Source of the DNA: Azolla caroliniana | Lineage: Eukaryota > Plantae > Polypodiophyta | Assembly (NCBI GenBank): GCA_043228905.1 | Contig: JBHGNT010000014.1 | Span: 18,724,001 to 18,788,000 of the forward strand | Reading direction: 5' to 3' | Length of the DNA stretch: 64,000 nucleotides | Part shown: one piece after another, positions 51,823 through 62,044 of the stretch | How positions within the stretch are numbered: position 1 is the first letter of the stretch | Layout of the letters: the number at the start of each line of letters is the position of its first letter | Notes under the pieces: model-generated | The model's input: only the letters and a program-made list of their open reading frames with translations | Told to the model about the DNA's origin: nothing | Database searches by the model: none | Translations under genes and position numbers: made by a program

Positions 51823-54800
51823 TGTTGGGATTTCGGTCCCTCCGGATGGGATGTCCGGAGATGAATGACGGCAAGCCCGGTTGCGATTACGGAACCGGAT
51901 GATGAATAGTACCCGGCATGAAGCCGGATGAAGAGACCCCGGTTACGGAGCCGGATGACGAAGACCCGGCTACGGAGCCGGATGATGAAGACCCCGGCTA
52001 CGGAGCCGGATGATGAGTGTACCCGGAGAGAGATCCGGATGCGGGGACATATTTGTGAATATGTTTGCCAAGAGCCCTTGAGGCTATATTTGTAAATAGC
52101 CCGAAAGTCATATGTGTATAAATATGACTTAGGGCAAACAGTTTTAAGTTGTTGCTCATTTTCTGTTTTCACGAAGAGGGAGCGAAGTGAGAGCAGCCGA
52201 GAGAGTGTGAGAGAGAAGGAGGAAGGAAGAGGTCGACGCCTCTGTGTAATACCGCCGCCTGTGGCGAAGACAACGAGCTCAAGGTCGTCGCCTTGCAGCT
52301 CGCCATTGTACATTCCCGTGTATAGTGATCGTTGGAGTCTTGCACTCCCGTGGTTTTTCCCATTTAGGGTTTTCCATGTGAAACATCCAGTGTGCCCTTC
52401 TCTCTATTGTTTTTCGTGCATTGTTGTATTTCCCGTTTACTGTGAATCGATCCTGTTCCTCGGTTGTGGCCGAGCACGGATTTCCTACAAACTGGTATCA
52501 GAGCGAGGTTAACACAGAAAATGGAAGGCGGCGGTAGTGGGCCTCCGGGCATGATGGTGCTGAATGCGCAGAACTACGCCGACTGGAAGATCAAGATGGA
52601 AGATCTTCTAATTGTTCGGGACCTGTACGAACCGATTGACAGGTCGGAAATACCGAAGGGAGTACTTGAGTCGGAATGGAAGCTTCTGAACCGGAAAGCC
52701 GTAGCGACGATCCGGCAATATGTCGATGTAAGTGTCCTGCAACATGTGGCGAACGATACGAACGCCTATGAGATGTGGCGGAAGCTGTCCGGACTGTATG
52801 AGAGGAAGAATGCGTTGAACCAGACCTCCCTAATGAGGAAGATAGTGAATCTTAAGTACCGGGACGGCGAGAGCATGGTCGAACACGTAAGCACGTTCAT
52901 GGGATTCGTGAACCAGCTTGCGGCGATCAAATTCCCGTTGGAGGATGCAATGCAAGCCATCATTCTGATGTGTACATTGCCGGAAAGCTGGGAGAACTTG
53001 GTGGTGACCCTCAGCACCTCCTGCACCGAAGATAACTTGTCTCTACAAACGGTAAAGACAAGTATTTTGAACGAAGAAGCGCGTCGGAGAGATAAAGAAC
53101 CGGCCTCCGACTCGAAGGCGCTGCTTACCGAATCGGAACGGGGAAGACAATGGAACCGGAGTCCGCAAAGACGGGAGAAGTCGGGGACCCGGTCGCAGTC
53201 AAGAGGAAGGCCCACATGCTTCCACTGTGGGAAGCCGGGGCACTTCCGGAAGAACTGTCGGCATTACCGAAAAGACAACGGAGCCGACGACATCGATTCG
53301 AAGAAGTCACCGGAGAGAAACGGTGCATACCGGGGAGCCACGGACCGGAGAGGTCCGGATCGGCGAGGGCAGGACCGGAAAGGAACAACGGCACTCGCGG
53401 CAAGTGAAGAAGAGATAATGCTCATTACCGAAGAGAGGGAGCTGAACCTTGCCGGTGAAGAGATGACCTGGGTGGTCGATTCCGGAGCGTCGTTCCACCT
53501 GACCCCGGAGAAGAAATACTTCTCATCCTACACAGCCGGTGAGCACGGCTGTGTTCGGATGGGAAATGAAGGAACATGCCGGATTGCCGGCATAGGAGAC
53601 GTGTGGCTGATGACATCAACCGGATGCAAGATGCTGCTGAAGGATGTTCGACACGTTCCGGAGGTCCGATTGAACCTGATTTCGGCCGGGAGGCTAGACG
53701 ATGAAGGCTACACAGGTAGCATCCGGAACGGCGTAATGAAGTTCAGCAAAGGGAGCCTGATAGTGGCTCGGGCCCGGAAGATCAACACACTGTACTTGAT
53801 GAATTCCCGGCTATGTCCGGAGGAGCTGAACGTGGCAGCTGACACTGCCGGTGAACTGTGGCACAAGAGACTGTGCCACATGAGCGAGAAGGGGATGAAG
53901 AGGCTTGCAGAAGACAACCTCATTCCAGTGAAGCATGTGCACCTGGAGAAGTGCACCGATTGCCTGGCCGGTAAGCAGAACCGAGCCTCCTTCCACTCAA
54001 GGCCACCGGCGAGACGTAGTGCACCATTGGAGTTGGTGCACACTGATGTGTGTCAGGTAGAAACGAAGTCACTTGGCGGAGCCCAGTACTTCGTGACATT
54101 CATTGATGACCACAGCCGGAAGCTGTGGACGGCACTGTTGAAGACAAAGGACCAAGTATTGTCCGTCTTCAAAGAACTCCACGCGAGAGTGGAAAGAGAA
54201 TCCGGCAAGGAGCTGAAAGCGATACGAGCGGATAACGGAGGGGAATACCGGGGGCAGTTCCAGGAGTACTGTCGCTCGAAGGGAATCCGGCTCGAGTTTA
54301 CTGTGCCGAAGACGCCGGAACTAAACGGGCTGGCCGAGAGGATGAACCGGACCATAATGGAGAGGGTCCGGAGTATGCTGGCGCATGCGAAATTACCCAA
54401 GGGGTTTTGGGCTGAGGCAATGTCGACAGCGACATATGTGATAAACCGATCACCCTCAGTACCTTTGGACGGAGACACGCCGCAGAAAGTGTGGACCGGT
54501 AAGGAAGTATCCTACCGGCATCTGAAGGTGTTCGGGTGTCTCGCATACGTGCATGTGGCAAAGGACCGGAGAGGAAAGCTAGATCCAAAGACCCGGCCAT
54601 GCATATTCCTCGGTTACGGCGACGACGAGTTCGGCTACCGAGTATGGGACCCGGTCGACAAGAAGATATTCAGGAGTCGAGACATCATCTTCATGGAGGA
54701 CAAGACGCTCGCCGACTTGGAGTCGGAGAAGAAGATGAAGAGCTCCAAGTCGATCGGTGAGGATCAACTCTACGAGGAGCAGTCCCGACCGGCAAGGGAC

Positions 54801-57271
54801 CGGTTAGCACTCGAGGATCCGGCCGAAGACGGTGAAGAAACAGAACCGGCCGAGGAAGATGAAACTGATACCGGAACCGGCCCCGATCCCGAAATGGATT
54901 CGGACGAAGAGGAAACGGAGGAGCCGGTTACCGAAGCTCCGGAACGGAGATATCCTCTAAGAGAGAGAAGGGCCCCCCGGAGATTTCCGGAACCAGAGCA
55001 CGTGCTGCTAACCGACGAGGGGGAGCCGGAGAGCTTTGAAGAAGCGAAGCATGAACCCCATAGCCGCAGGTGGTTAAGTGCCATGCAGGAGGAGATGGAT
55101 TCCCTGCATGAGAACCACACATATGAACTTGTGGAGTTGCCGAAAGGAAAACGGGCACTCCGTAACAAGTGGGTGTTCAAGCTGAAACCGGGAGATGCCG
55201 GAAACCCCCCGAGATACAAAGCCAGGATCGTGGTGAAGGGGTTTCAGCAGAAGAAGGGCGTCGACTTCGACGAGATATTTGCCCCGGTAGTGAAGATGAC
55301 CTCCATCCGGACGGTGCTGAGCATAGCGGCAAGCATGGACCTCGAGGTAGAACAGATGGACGTGAAGACGGCATTCCTTCACGGTGACCTCGAAGAAGAG
55401 ATCTACATGCAGCAACCGGAAGGATTCGAGAAGAAAGGGAAGGAGCACCTGGTATGCCGGTTGAAGAAGAGCCTCTATGGTTTGAAGCAGGCTCCCCGAC
55501 AATGGTACCGGAAGTTCGACTCCTTCATGACAGACGAAGGGTACCACAAAACGCAGTCCGATCACTGCGTGTTTGTGAAGAAGTTCGAAGGAGGAGACTC
55601 TCTGATACTCCTTCTGTACGTGGACGACATGTTGATCGTCGGACGGGACCAGGTCAAGATACGGATGCTGAAGAAGGCTCTACACCGAACCTTCTCAATG
55701 AAGGACTTGGGTCCAGCGAGACAAATACTAGGGATGCACGTCATCCGGGACCGGAAGAAGAAGCAGTTGTGGCTGTCACAGGAGAAGTACGTGACAAAGG
55801 TGCTTCAACGGTTCAACATGTCGGAAGCAAGACCGGTCGGATCAACCCTCCCGACAAACTGCAAGTTATCCGGCAAGCAAAGTCCCAAGACAAAGGCTGA
55901 GAAGGAGGACATGATGAAAGTACCATATGCCTCTGCCGTCGGAAGCTTGATGTACGCAATGGTGTGTACAAGACCGGACATAGGATATGCAGTCGGAGTG
56001 GTGAGCCGGTACATGAGTAACCCCGGCAAGGAGCACTGGAACGCGGTCAAATGGACACTCCGATACCTGAAGGGCACGGCAAACGTGTGCCTCCGATTCG
56101 GCTCCGGTAAGCCCGAACTCGATGGATTTACCGATTCGGACATGTCGGCTGATGCAGATACCAGCCGGTCCACATCAGGGTATGTGATGACGTATGCAGG
56201 GGGAGCTGTTTCGTGGCAGTCGAGGCTGCAGAAGACGGTTGCGTTGTCAACCACGGAGGCGGAATACATGGCGGCTGTTGAAGCCGGCAAGGAAATAATA
56301 TGGATGAAGGACTTCATTAGAGAGCTCGGTATCCAGCAGGAGGAGTACCGACTCTACTGCGACAGTCAGAGTGCCATCCACCTTGCGAAGAACGCGGCCT
56401 ATCACTCCCGGACGAAGCACATCCAACGAAGATATCACTGGATCCGGGAAAGGATAGAAGACCAGGAGTTCGTGTTGACGAAGATCCACACGGACGAGAA
56501 CGGGTCAGATATGCTGACCAAAGTGCTCACACCCGACAAGCTAGAAGCATGCCGGAAGAGGATCGGATTGGAGAGACATCCCATGCCGAAGTGAAGGGGG
56601 AGTTTGTTGGGATTTCGGTCCCTCCGGATGGGATGTCCGGAGATGAATGACGGCAAGCCCGGTTGCGATTACGGAACCGGATGATGAATAGTACCCGGCA
56701 TGAAGCCGGATGAAGAGACCCCGGTTACGGAGCCGGATGACGAAGACCCGGCTACGGAGCCGGATGATGAAGACCCCGGCTACGGAGCCGGATGATGAGT
56801 GTACCCGGAGAGAGATCCGGATGCGGGGACATATTTGTGAATATGTTTGCCAAGAGCCCTTGAGGCTATATTTGTAAATAGCCCGAAAGTCATATGTGTA
56901 TAAATATGACTTAGGGCAAACAGTTTTAAGTTGTTGCTCATTTTCTGTTTTCACGAAGAGGGAGCGAAGTGAGAGCAGCCGAGAGAGTGTGAGAGAGAAG
57001 GAGGAAGGAAGAGGTCGACGCCTCTGTGTAATACCGCCGCCTGTGGCGAAGACAGCGAGCTCAAGGTCGTCGCCTTGCAGCTCGCCATTGTACATTCCCG
57101 TGTATAGTGATCGTTGGAGTCTTGCACTCCCGTGGTTTTTCCCATTTAGGGTTTTCCACGTGAAACATCCAGTGTGCCCTTCTCTCTATTGTTTTTCGTG
57201 CATTGTTGTATTTCCCGTTTACTGTGAATCGATCCTGTTCCTCGGTTGTGGCCGAGCACGGATTTCCTACA
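51823..57271 (+). mobile_element. Intact Ty1/copia element G (Tnt1/Tork-like)
   Basis: 667-bp LTRs 51823-52489 and 56605-57271 with two differences seen, TSD GAAAG, PBS TGGTATCAGAGC 52493-52504, PPT gaagggggag about 56593-56602. Confidence 0.97.
52521..56594 (+). CDS. Uninterrupted gag-pol polyprotein of copia G, 1357 aa from ATG 52521
   Basis: CFHCGKPGHFRKNC, VVDSGAS, LWHKRLCH..CTDC, VHTDV/RADNGGEY/LAER, LYVDD, FTDSD and YCDSQSA. Confidence 0.96.
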   Translation: MEGGGSGPPGMMVLNAQNYADWKIKMEDLLIVRDLYEPIDRSEIPKGVLESEWKLLNRKAVATIRQYVDVSVLQHVANDTNAYEMWRKLSGLYERKNALNQTSLMRKIVNLKYRDGESMVEHVSTFMGFVNQLAAIKFPLEDAMQAIILMCTLPESWENLVVTLSTSCTEDNLSLQTVKTSILNEEARRRDKEPASDSKALLTESERGRQWNRSPQRREKSGTRSQSRGRPTCFHCGKPGHFRKNCRHYRKDNGADDIDSKKSPERNGAYRGATDRRGPDRRGQDRKGTTALAASEEEIMLITEERELNLAGEEMTWVVDSGASFHLTPEKKYFSSYTAGEHGCVRMGNEGTCRIAGIGDVWLMTSTGCKMLLKDVRHVPEVRLNLISAGRLDDEGYTGSIRNGVMKFSKGSLIVARARKINTLYLMNSRLCPEELNVAADTAGELWHKRLCHMSEKGMKRLAEDNLIPVKHVHLEKCTDCLAGKQNRASFHSRPPARRSAPLELVHTDVCQVETKSLGGAQYFVTFIDDHSRKLWTALLKTKDQVLSVFKELHARVERESGKELKAIRADNGGEYRGQFQEYCRSKGIRLEFTVPKTPELNGLAERMNRTIMERVRSMLAHAKLPKGFWAEAMSTATYVINRSPSVPLDGDTPQKVWTGKEVSYRHLKVFGCLAYVHVAKDRRGKLDPKTRPCIFLGYGDDEFGYRVWDPVDKKIFRSRDIIFMEDKTLADLESEKKMKSSKSIGEDQLYEEQSRPARDRLALEDPAEDGEETEPAEEDETDTGTGPDPEMDSDEEETEEPVTEAPERRYPLRERRAPRRFPEPEHVLLTDEGEPESFEEAKHEPHSRRWLSAMQEEMDSLHENHTYELVELPKGKRALRNKWVFKLKPGDAGNPPRYKARIVVKGFQQKKGVDFDEIFAPVVKMTSIRTVLSIAASMDLEVEQMDVKTAFLHGDLEEEIYMQQPEGFEKKGKEHLVCRLKKSLYGLKQAPRQWYRKFDSFMTDEGYHKTQSDHCVFVKKFEGGDSLILLLYVDDMLIVGRDQVKIRMLKKALHRTFSMKDLGPARQILGMHVIRDRKKKQLWLSQEKYVTKVLQRFNMSEARPVGSTLPTNCKLSGKQSPKTKAEKEDMMKVPYASAVGSLMYAMVCTRPDIGYAVGVVSRYMSNPGKEHWNAVKWTLRYLKGTANVCLRFGSGKPELDGFTDSDMSADADTSRSTSGYVMTYAGGAVSWQSRLQKTVALSTTEAEYMAAVEAGKEIIWMKDFIRELGIQQEEYRLYCDSQSAIHLAKNAAYHSRTKHIQRRYHWIRERIEDQEFVLTKIHTDENGSDMLTKVLTPDKLEACRKRIGLERHPMPK

Positions 57272-57370
57272 GAAAGTGGGTGTTTGCACAACAATTCACA
57301 CAAGGTTGACCCGAAATCAGAGATGGATACCATTTTCCTATTTTTGAGGTATTGGGGATTGTATCATAAC

Positions 57371-57543
57371 TAGGATATGCACAATGCTTTTGTATTTGAT
57401 GGTAGGCATGGAGTCAAAGCATCTCTATGAAAGTGGAAGGGAGTCAATTTTAGTCAAGAAATTAGGATATGCGCAATGCTTTTGTATTTGATGGTAGGCA
57501 TGGAGTCAAAGTGTCTCTATGAAAGTGGAAGGGAGTCAATTTT
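57371..57543. repeat. Tandem duplication, period about 92 bp
   Basis: taggatatgc.caatgcttttg...gggagtcaatttt at 57371 and 57463. Confidence 0.9.
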
Positions 57544-57695
57544 CTTGACTGGAGCAAGTAGAAGTTCTTTCTTAGGTAGAGTAGAGTGTTGATCATATAC
57601 ATATTGCCTATTAATATTATAGACTATAGTGTAAATTGTAATGTAGTTAGTGGGTGACCATATTCTATTCTTGACACCCATTGTAAATAGTGTTT

Positions 57696-58217
57696 TTCAC
57701 ATACATTTATTAATACAATTGTTTGTTTTGAAACAAGAAAGAAAGAAAGAAAGAAAGATATATTAACATCTTCTAAGGCCAAATTTGGCCCATGAGACAA
57801 TTGGTTTACAACAAAAGAGTTTTTATCCAGTCATCATAACTAAAATAAAATTAAGTAAAAAATAGAACTTAAACTAAAAGAGTTTTAGTAGTGTACAATA
57901 TGTAGTATACTCGAAAGTGACTATACACTAAGCCTAATTTTATTTCCACCCAAGCCTTCACATACATTTATTAATACAATTGTTTGTTTTGAAACAAGAA
58001 AGAAAGAAAGAAAGAAAGATATATTAACATCTTCAAAGGCCAAATTTGGCCCATGAGACAATTGGTTTACAATAAAAGAGTTTTTATCCAGTCATCATAA
58101 CTAAAATAAAATTAAGTAAAAAATAGAACTTAAACTAAAAGAGTTCTAGTAGTGTACAATATGTAGTATACTCGAAAGTGACTATACACTAAGCCTAATT
58201 TTATTTCCACCCAAGCC
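57696..58217. repeat. 261-bp tandem duplication covering the 3' UTR and tail of the RTE-X-like LINE
   Basis: Units start ttcacatacattta at 57696 and 57957 and end ttccacccaagcct. Confidence 0.93.
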
Positions 58218-61200
58218 TCTCGAAAAGAAGTGGGGGGTCAAAGGGTTCTGATGTGGGTTCCAGTGTAGAGAGTGCCCTAGCCATGGCTTCTAGGCAGTGT
58301 AGCTCACGTTCCCTTATTTTCAATATTGCTTCCACATCACGTTGAGTTGCTTTGAAACTTGGCACCCGAGGACGTCTGGTTCTTCTCTGGTTTTCTGCCT
58401 CATCAATGGAAAGGCCGAGTGGTGCAAGTGTGTCGGCATTCGTTGTCTCCTCAGGTTCCTGGAAAACTTCATTTGTTACATGTTCGTGATCATTAGCAAC
58501 ATTATTGTCAACATTTTGTAACTTATTCTCTCTGTGTTGTTTTAGCTCTAGAATGTATTTACCTAATTTCTTTATATCTAGAGTATCTAATAGTTTGGGG
58601 AGGGTGGGAGACGGACCAAGTATGTCTTGGTATTTTGCCCTTATCTCGGCATAGGTTGGACACTTGCATGTAAAGTGGTACTCATCCTCTATCTCTATGT
58701 GACATAACCTACATATCCTTTCCTCCCTAGGGACTCCACTAGTACGGCCATTCTCAATCTCAAGTTGGTGAGATGATATTCTAAGTTGTCCAATGGCAAC
58801 CCTTAGTGCATGTGGTAAGAATACATCTAGATATTTTGGTCGCGTGATAAAACCCAACTCAGAGAAGTGCATGAAGTGTTTCTTATAGTACAACATTTTA
58901 GATGGGAGTGGCTCTAGTGGGGTGATCCATTTACACCGAGTGTAAATTTGCCATATTTCTTGGCGTATTACTTTATTGCGGTCCTCATGAGAGATTAAGG
59001 TGTTATCACTCGTGTGGTTGTACCTAAGGGGAGGTAGGTTATTAATGTCTAGACCATTCGCAAGAAGCCAACTCACCATCATGCCATACCATGAGCTGGT
59101 ATAGCCGGACTCATACAATGATCGAGAGGCCTTAAAGGCTTGATGAGATATTCTATCATGTGGTTGGCTATGTATCCTATCAATGAAGACTACAAGTTGA
59201 AAAAGTGCCTCTACTAACACTGGGGGTAACGTGAACTCGGCCCTAATAATGTCATGTGGTACAGTCGATTTGCTTCGGAGTTGGCGTGATAGCATCATCA
59301 CCAATGGTCTCTCTAATTGCGTCCACATGAAAGATGGTAATCCTGGAGCCCAAACCGCTGATGCATACATGAGGGAGGGGGTCACTAATGAGTCAAAGAG
59401 CTACCCTTTAGTCCGTGGCTCTTGAAAGTGTGCTTGGTGGCATTGTCTCTCTAGGAGTGAGAGGGATGCATGTCCTCTCATGAGTCTATCCTTCGTTGCC
59501 TGTGTCATCGAAAATTTACCTGAGCGGGCACTAAAAGTGACTCCGAGATAGACGTATGATCCAACCACCTCGATTGGGCTATGGGAGATAGTTAGGTGAC
59601 ACTTAGCTCTAACTTGGGCCGATGTGTGGAAGATAAGGACTTTCGTTTTCCCTAGATTCACTACCAATCCTCGTTGTACACAAAAGTCATCTAAGGCATT
59701 AAGGTGCCTCTGTAGGTCGTGTTCGGATTCAGAGAGCAAAACTATGTCATCCGCATAGAGCAAGATACGAACCTGCGTATCCCCAAGGACCACTCCGGTG
59801 CCTCCCTCACGAGCAATAAAATCTGTGATCTCATCAATGTAGATCCCAAAAAGCGTCGGTGATAAGGGGCAACCTTGTTTTACACCAATAGTGCTAGTGA
59901 AACGATTAGATAGGCCACCTGGGCATCGGACACACCCAAACACTTGTTCATATAGTGCGTAGATGGCCCATACCATATCATCTGGTATCCTCAATCTTTT
60001 AAGTCTATCAAACAACCGCTCTCTAGGGACTGTGTCAAAGGCTTTGCGGAAGTCCACAAAACAACAATATAATTTCTTCTTGCGAGCCTTAGTTTGGTCA
60101 ATTAGGCATCTAAGTGTGAAGATATGATCAATAGTGGAGAAGGCTCGTCTAAAGCCAGCTTGTTCAGGTGCACGAAGGTTTAGGGTCTCCATATAGTCGC
60201 TAAGCTCTGCTTCCATTACTGCACCATATAACTTAGCAAGGGTATGGCCTATCATAATGGTCCTATATGTATTTGGGTCCATGGGATCCCCCCTTTATGT
60301 ATGGGGGCCACTGTATTCATAGTCCACTGTGGTGGAAAACCCTCCGCAAGGGCACGATTGAAGATTAGAGTTAGCAAGGGAGCTAGGCACTCTCTCGCAT
60401 ATATAATGTGTTCTGCTCGCAATCCTGTGTGGTCCATGGACTTCCTATGTTGTAATTTCTTTATGACCTTCATGACCCTAGAGGTCGTGAAAAGTGTCCC
60501 CGTGGTAGGCCGGGCTGTGGAAGGCATTGGAATGGGTGGTTGGTTTGGGATTTGGTAAAGTCTCTCTGTATATGTGTGCCAAGTTTCGGGATCTTCGATG
60601 GGTGTTTGTGGTCTTGGCTCCCGTAGTCTCTTCCATGCCGTGGCGCAATCGCTACTCATGAGCATATGGTAGAGTTCCCAGTATTGGGATGCCTCCCACG
60701 CTCGTCTCTTACGACGTGTCATCTTACGCATTTCTTTGCGAGCTTGTATGGAGGTAATACTACCATTGAGTTGCGATACTGTAAGTTGTCTATGTAAGTC
60801 CCTACAATCCTCGTCATACCATTTATTTTGTGGCATTGATCCTGATCTACCTTGATTTGAGTGTTTTGTATATGGGAAACTGCTAGCTGCTGCGGAGTGA
60901 AGGATGTGTGTGAGTTTTGTACTAAGGCTTTCTAACGGTAGGGCGGGATCAAGGGAGGGGAGATGGGCCTGAACATGTTGAGAGTATATGTCAGAGAGCT
61001 CATGTGTGAAATGTATTGTGGTGTGATGGCATGGTTGACTAGACTTGGTGACCTTAGAGATATCACATTTTAGCTCGAACTATAAGAAACTATGGTCTGC
61101 GCCAATAGGGCATGGGGCCACTCGGAAGGAGTTAATCATGTGGGTAGCTTCAGGGCGCCCTATTAGATAGTCAACTGTGCTTTCCCCTCCTCCATGTGGG

Positions 61201-61990
61201 AAACATGTGAGCTCTTCCGAGCCCGGCCACTTAGCTAAACCATTATATATGACCATCCGGTGCCGACTGCCAAGTTCGAGCAGATGATGGCCAAAGCTCG
61301 TGGCGTCCACACCTTGATCCTTTGATCTACGTGTGGTGCCTATGTCTAAAGGATCAACATTTACCATTTCTAGGTTTCTATTCATCTGAAATACTGTGCA
61401 TTGTCGGGATTGGGTTCTCGCATTGAAGTCTCCTACAAGAAATACTTCTCCTTGGGAAGAATATCGGATTATGTCATCCGATAGGGGTTCGTATGGAGAA
61501 GGCCCATGTGGCATTCCTTCATCGACTAATCTCGTCAAGCCACCAATATTATAACGGGATCCTTTTGGGGGAAAGTAACAAATGGCGAAAAATACTGCAT
61601 GGTCTTTGCTTGTGGAGACTTTCACCCACATAAAACGAGCTTCTGGGTCTATCTTCATTATTTCTATCCTATTATGTAGCTCTCTATGAAACAATATCGC
61701 GACACCTCCAGATCCCCTAGTAGTGTGTCGACGTGAGGTTTGTCTAAAAGCGGACTCCCAACGGAATCCTTCGACCCGTGGGAGTCCTCTATTTGGGCTT
61801 TGATGTGTTTCTACCAAGAAAAGTATATCAGATACCTTTAGTATCTCCTCTAGGCGGCCAGGGTGTGCCCAGAGTGCGCCATTACAATTCCATAGGGTCA
61901 TCCTAAGTGCATTTTCTGTCACATGGGCCACACGCCGTCAATTAGTAGTGCGATCATTTATGATCACTCGCCCGTCTCGGTAAATAGAGA
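57995..61990 (-). mobile_element. Non-LTR retrotransposon, RTE-X/RTEX-like: APE endonuclease, RT, C-terminal CCHC, with a few lesions and a (TTTC)n tail
   Basis: LWNCNG, ETH, GDFNAR, STVDY and ADH (APE); EQAGFR, FVDFRKAFD, GVKQGCPLSP and LYADD (RT); LRISSHQLEIENGR...CRLC...EDEYHF..KC. The clade call rests on motif recall. No ORF1 or TSD seen. Confidence 0.85.
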
Positions 61991-62044
61991 GACAGAGAGA
62001 GGGAGAGGGAAAAAAGAGAGGGAGAGGGAGAGAGAGACATGTGA

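Larger units (their letters stand above)
36600..57730 (+). mobile_element. Old L1-clade LINE remnant in four pieces (about 36600-37185, 37827-37960, 51150-51822, 57272-57730), split by LTR insertions
   Basis: KVAWNLPKIPKHSRGARILDL near 37003-37068 (L1 V.W...PK..GG.GI.DL motif) and zf-RVT-like FIWRVL...CIFCTVQIEDNTHCFIQCP at 51613-51801, in the expected order. Outer limits approximate. Confidence 0.6.

Noticed and set aside
51804-52313. Antisense 169-184 aa ORFs present in both LTRs of G and the solo LTR
   Set aside because: They recur only because the LTR is repeated; GC-rich internal repeats explain the lack of stops, and no domain is recognisable.
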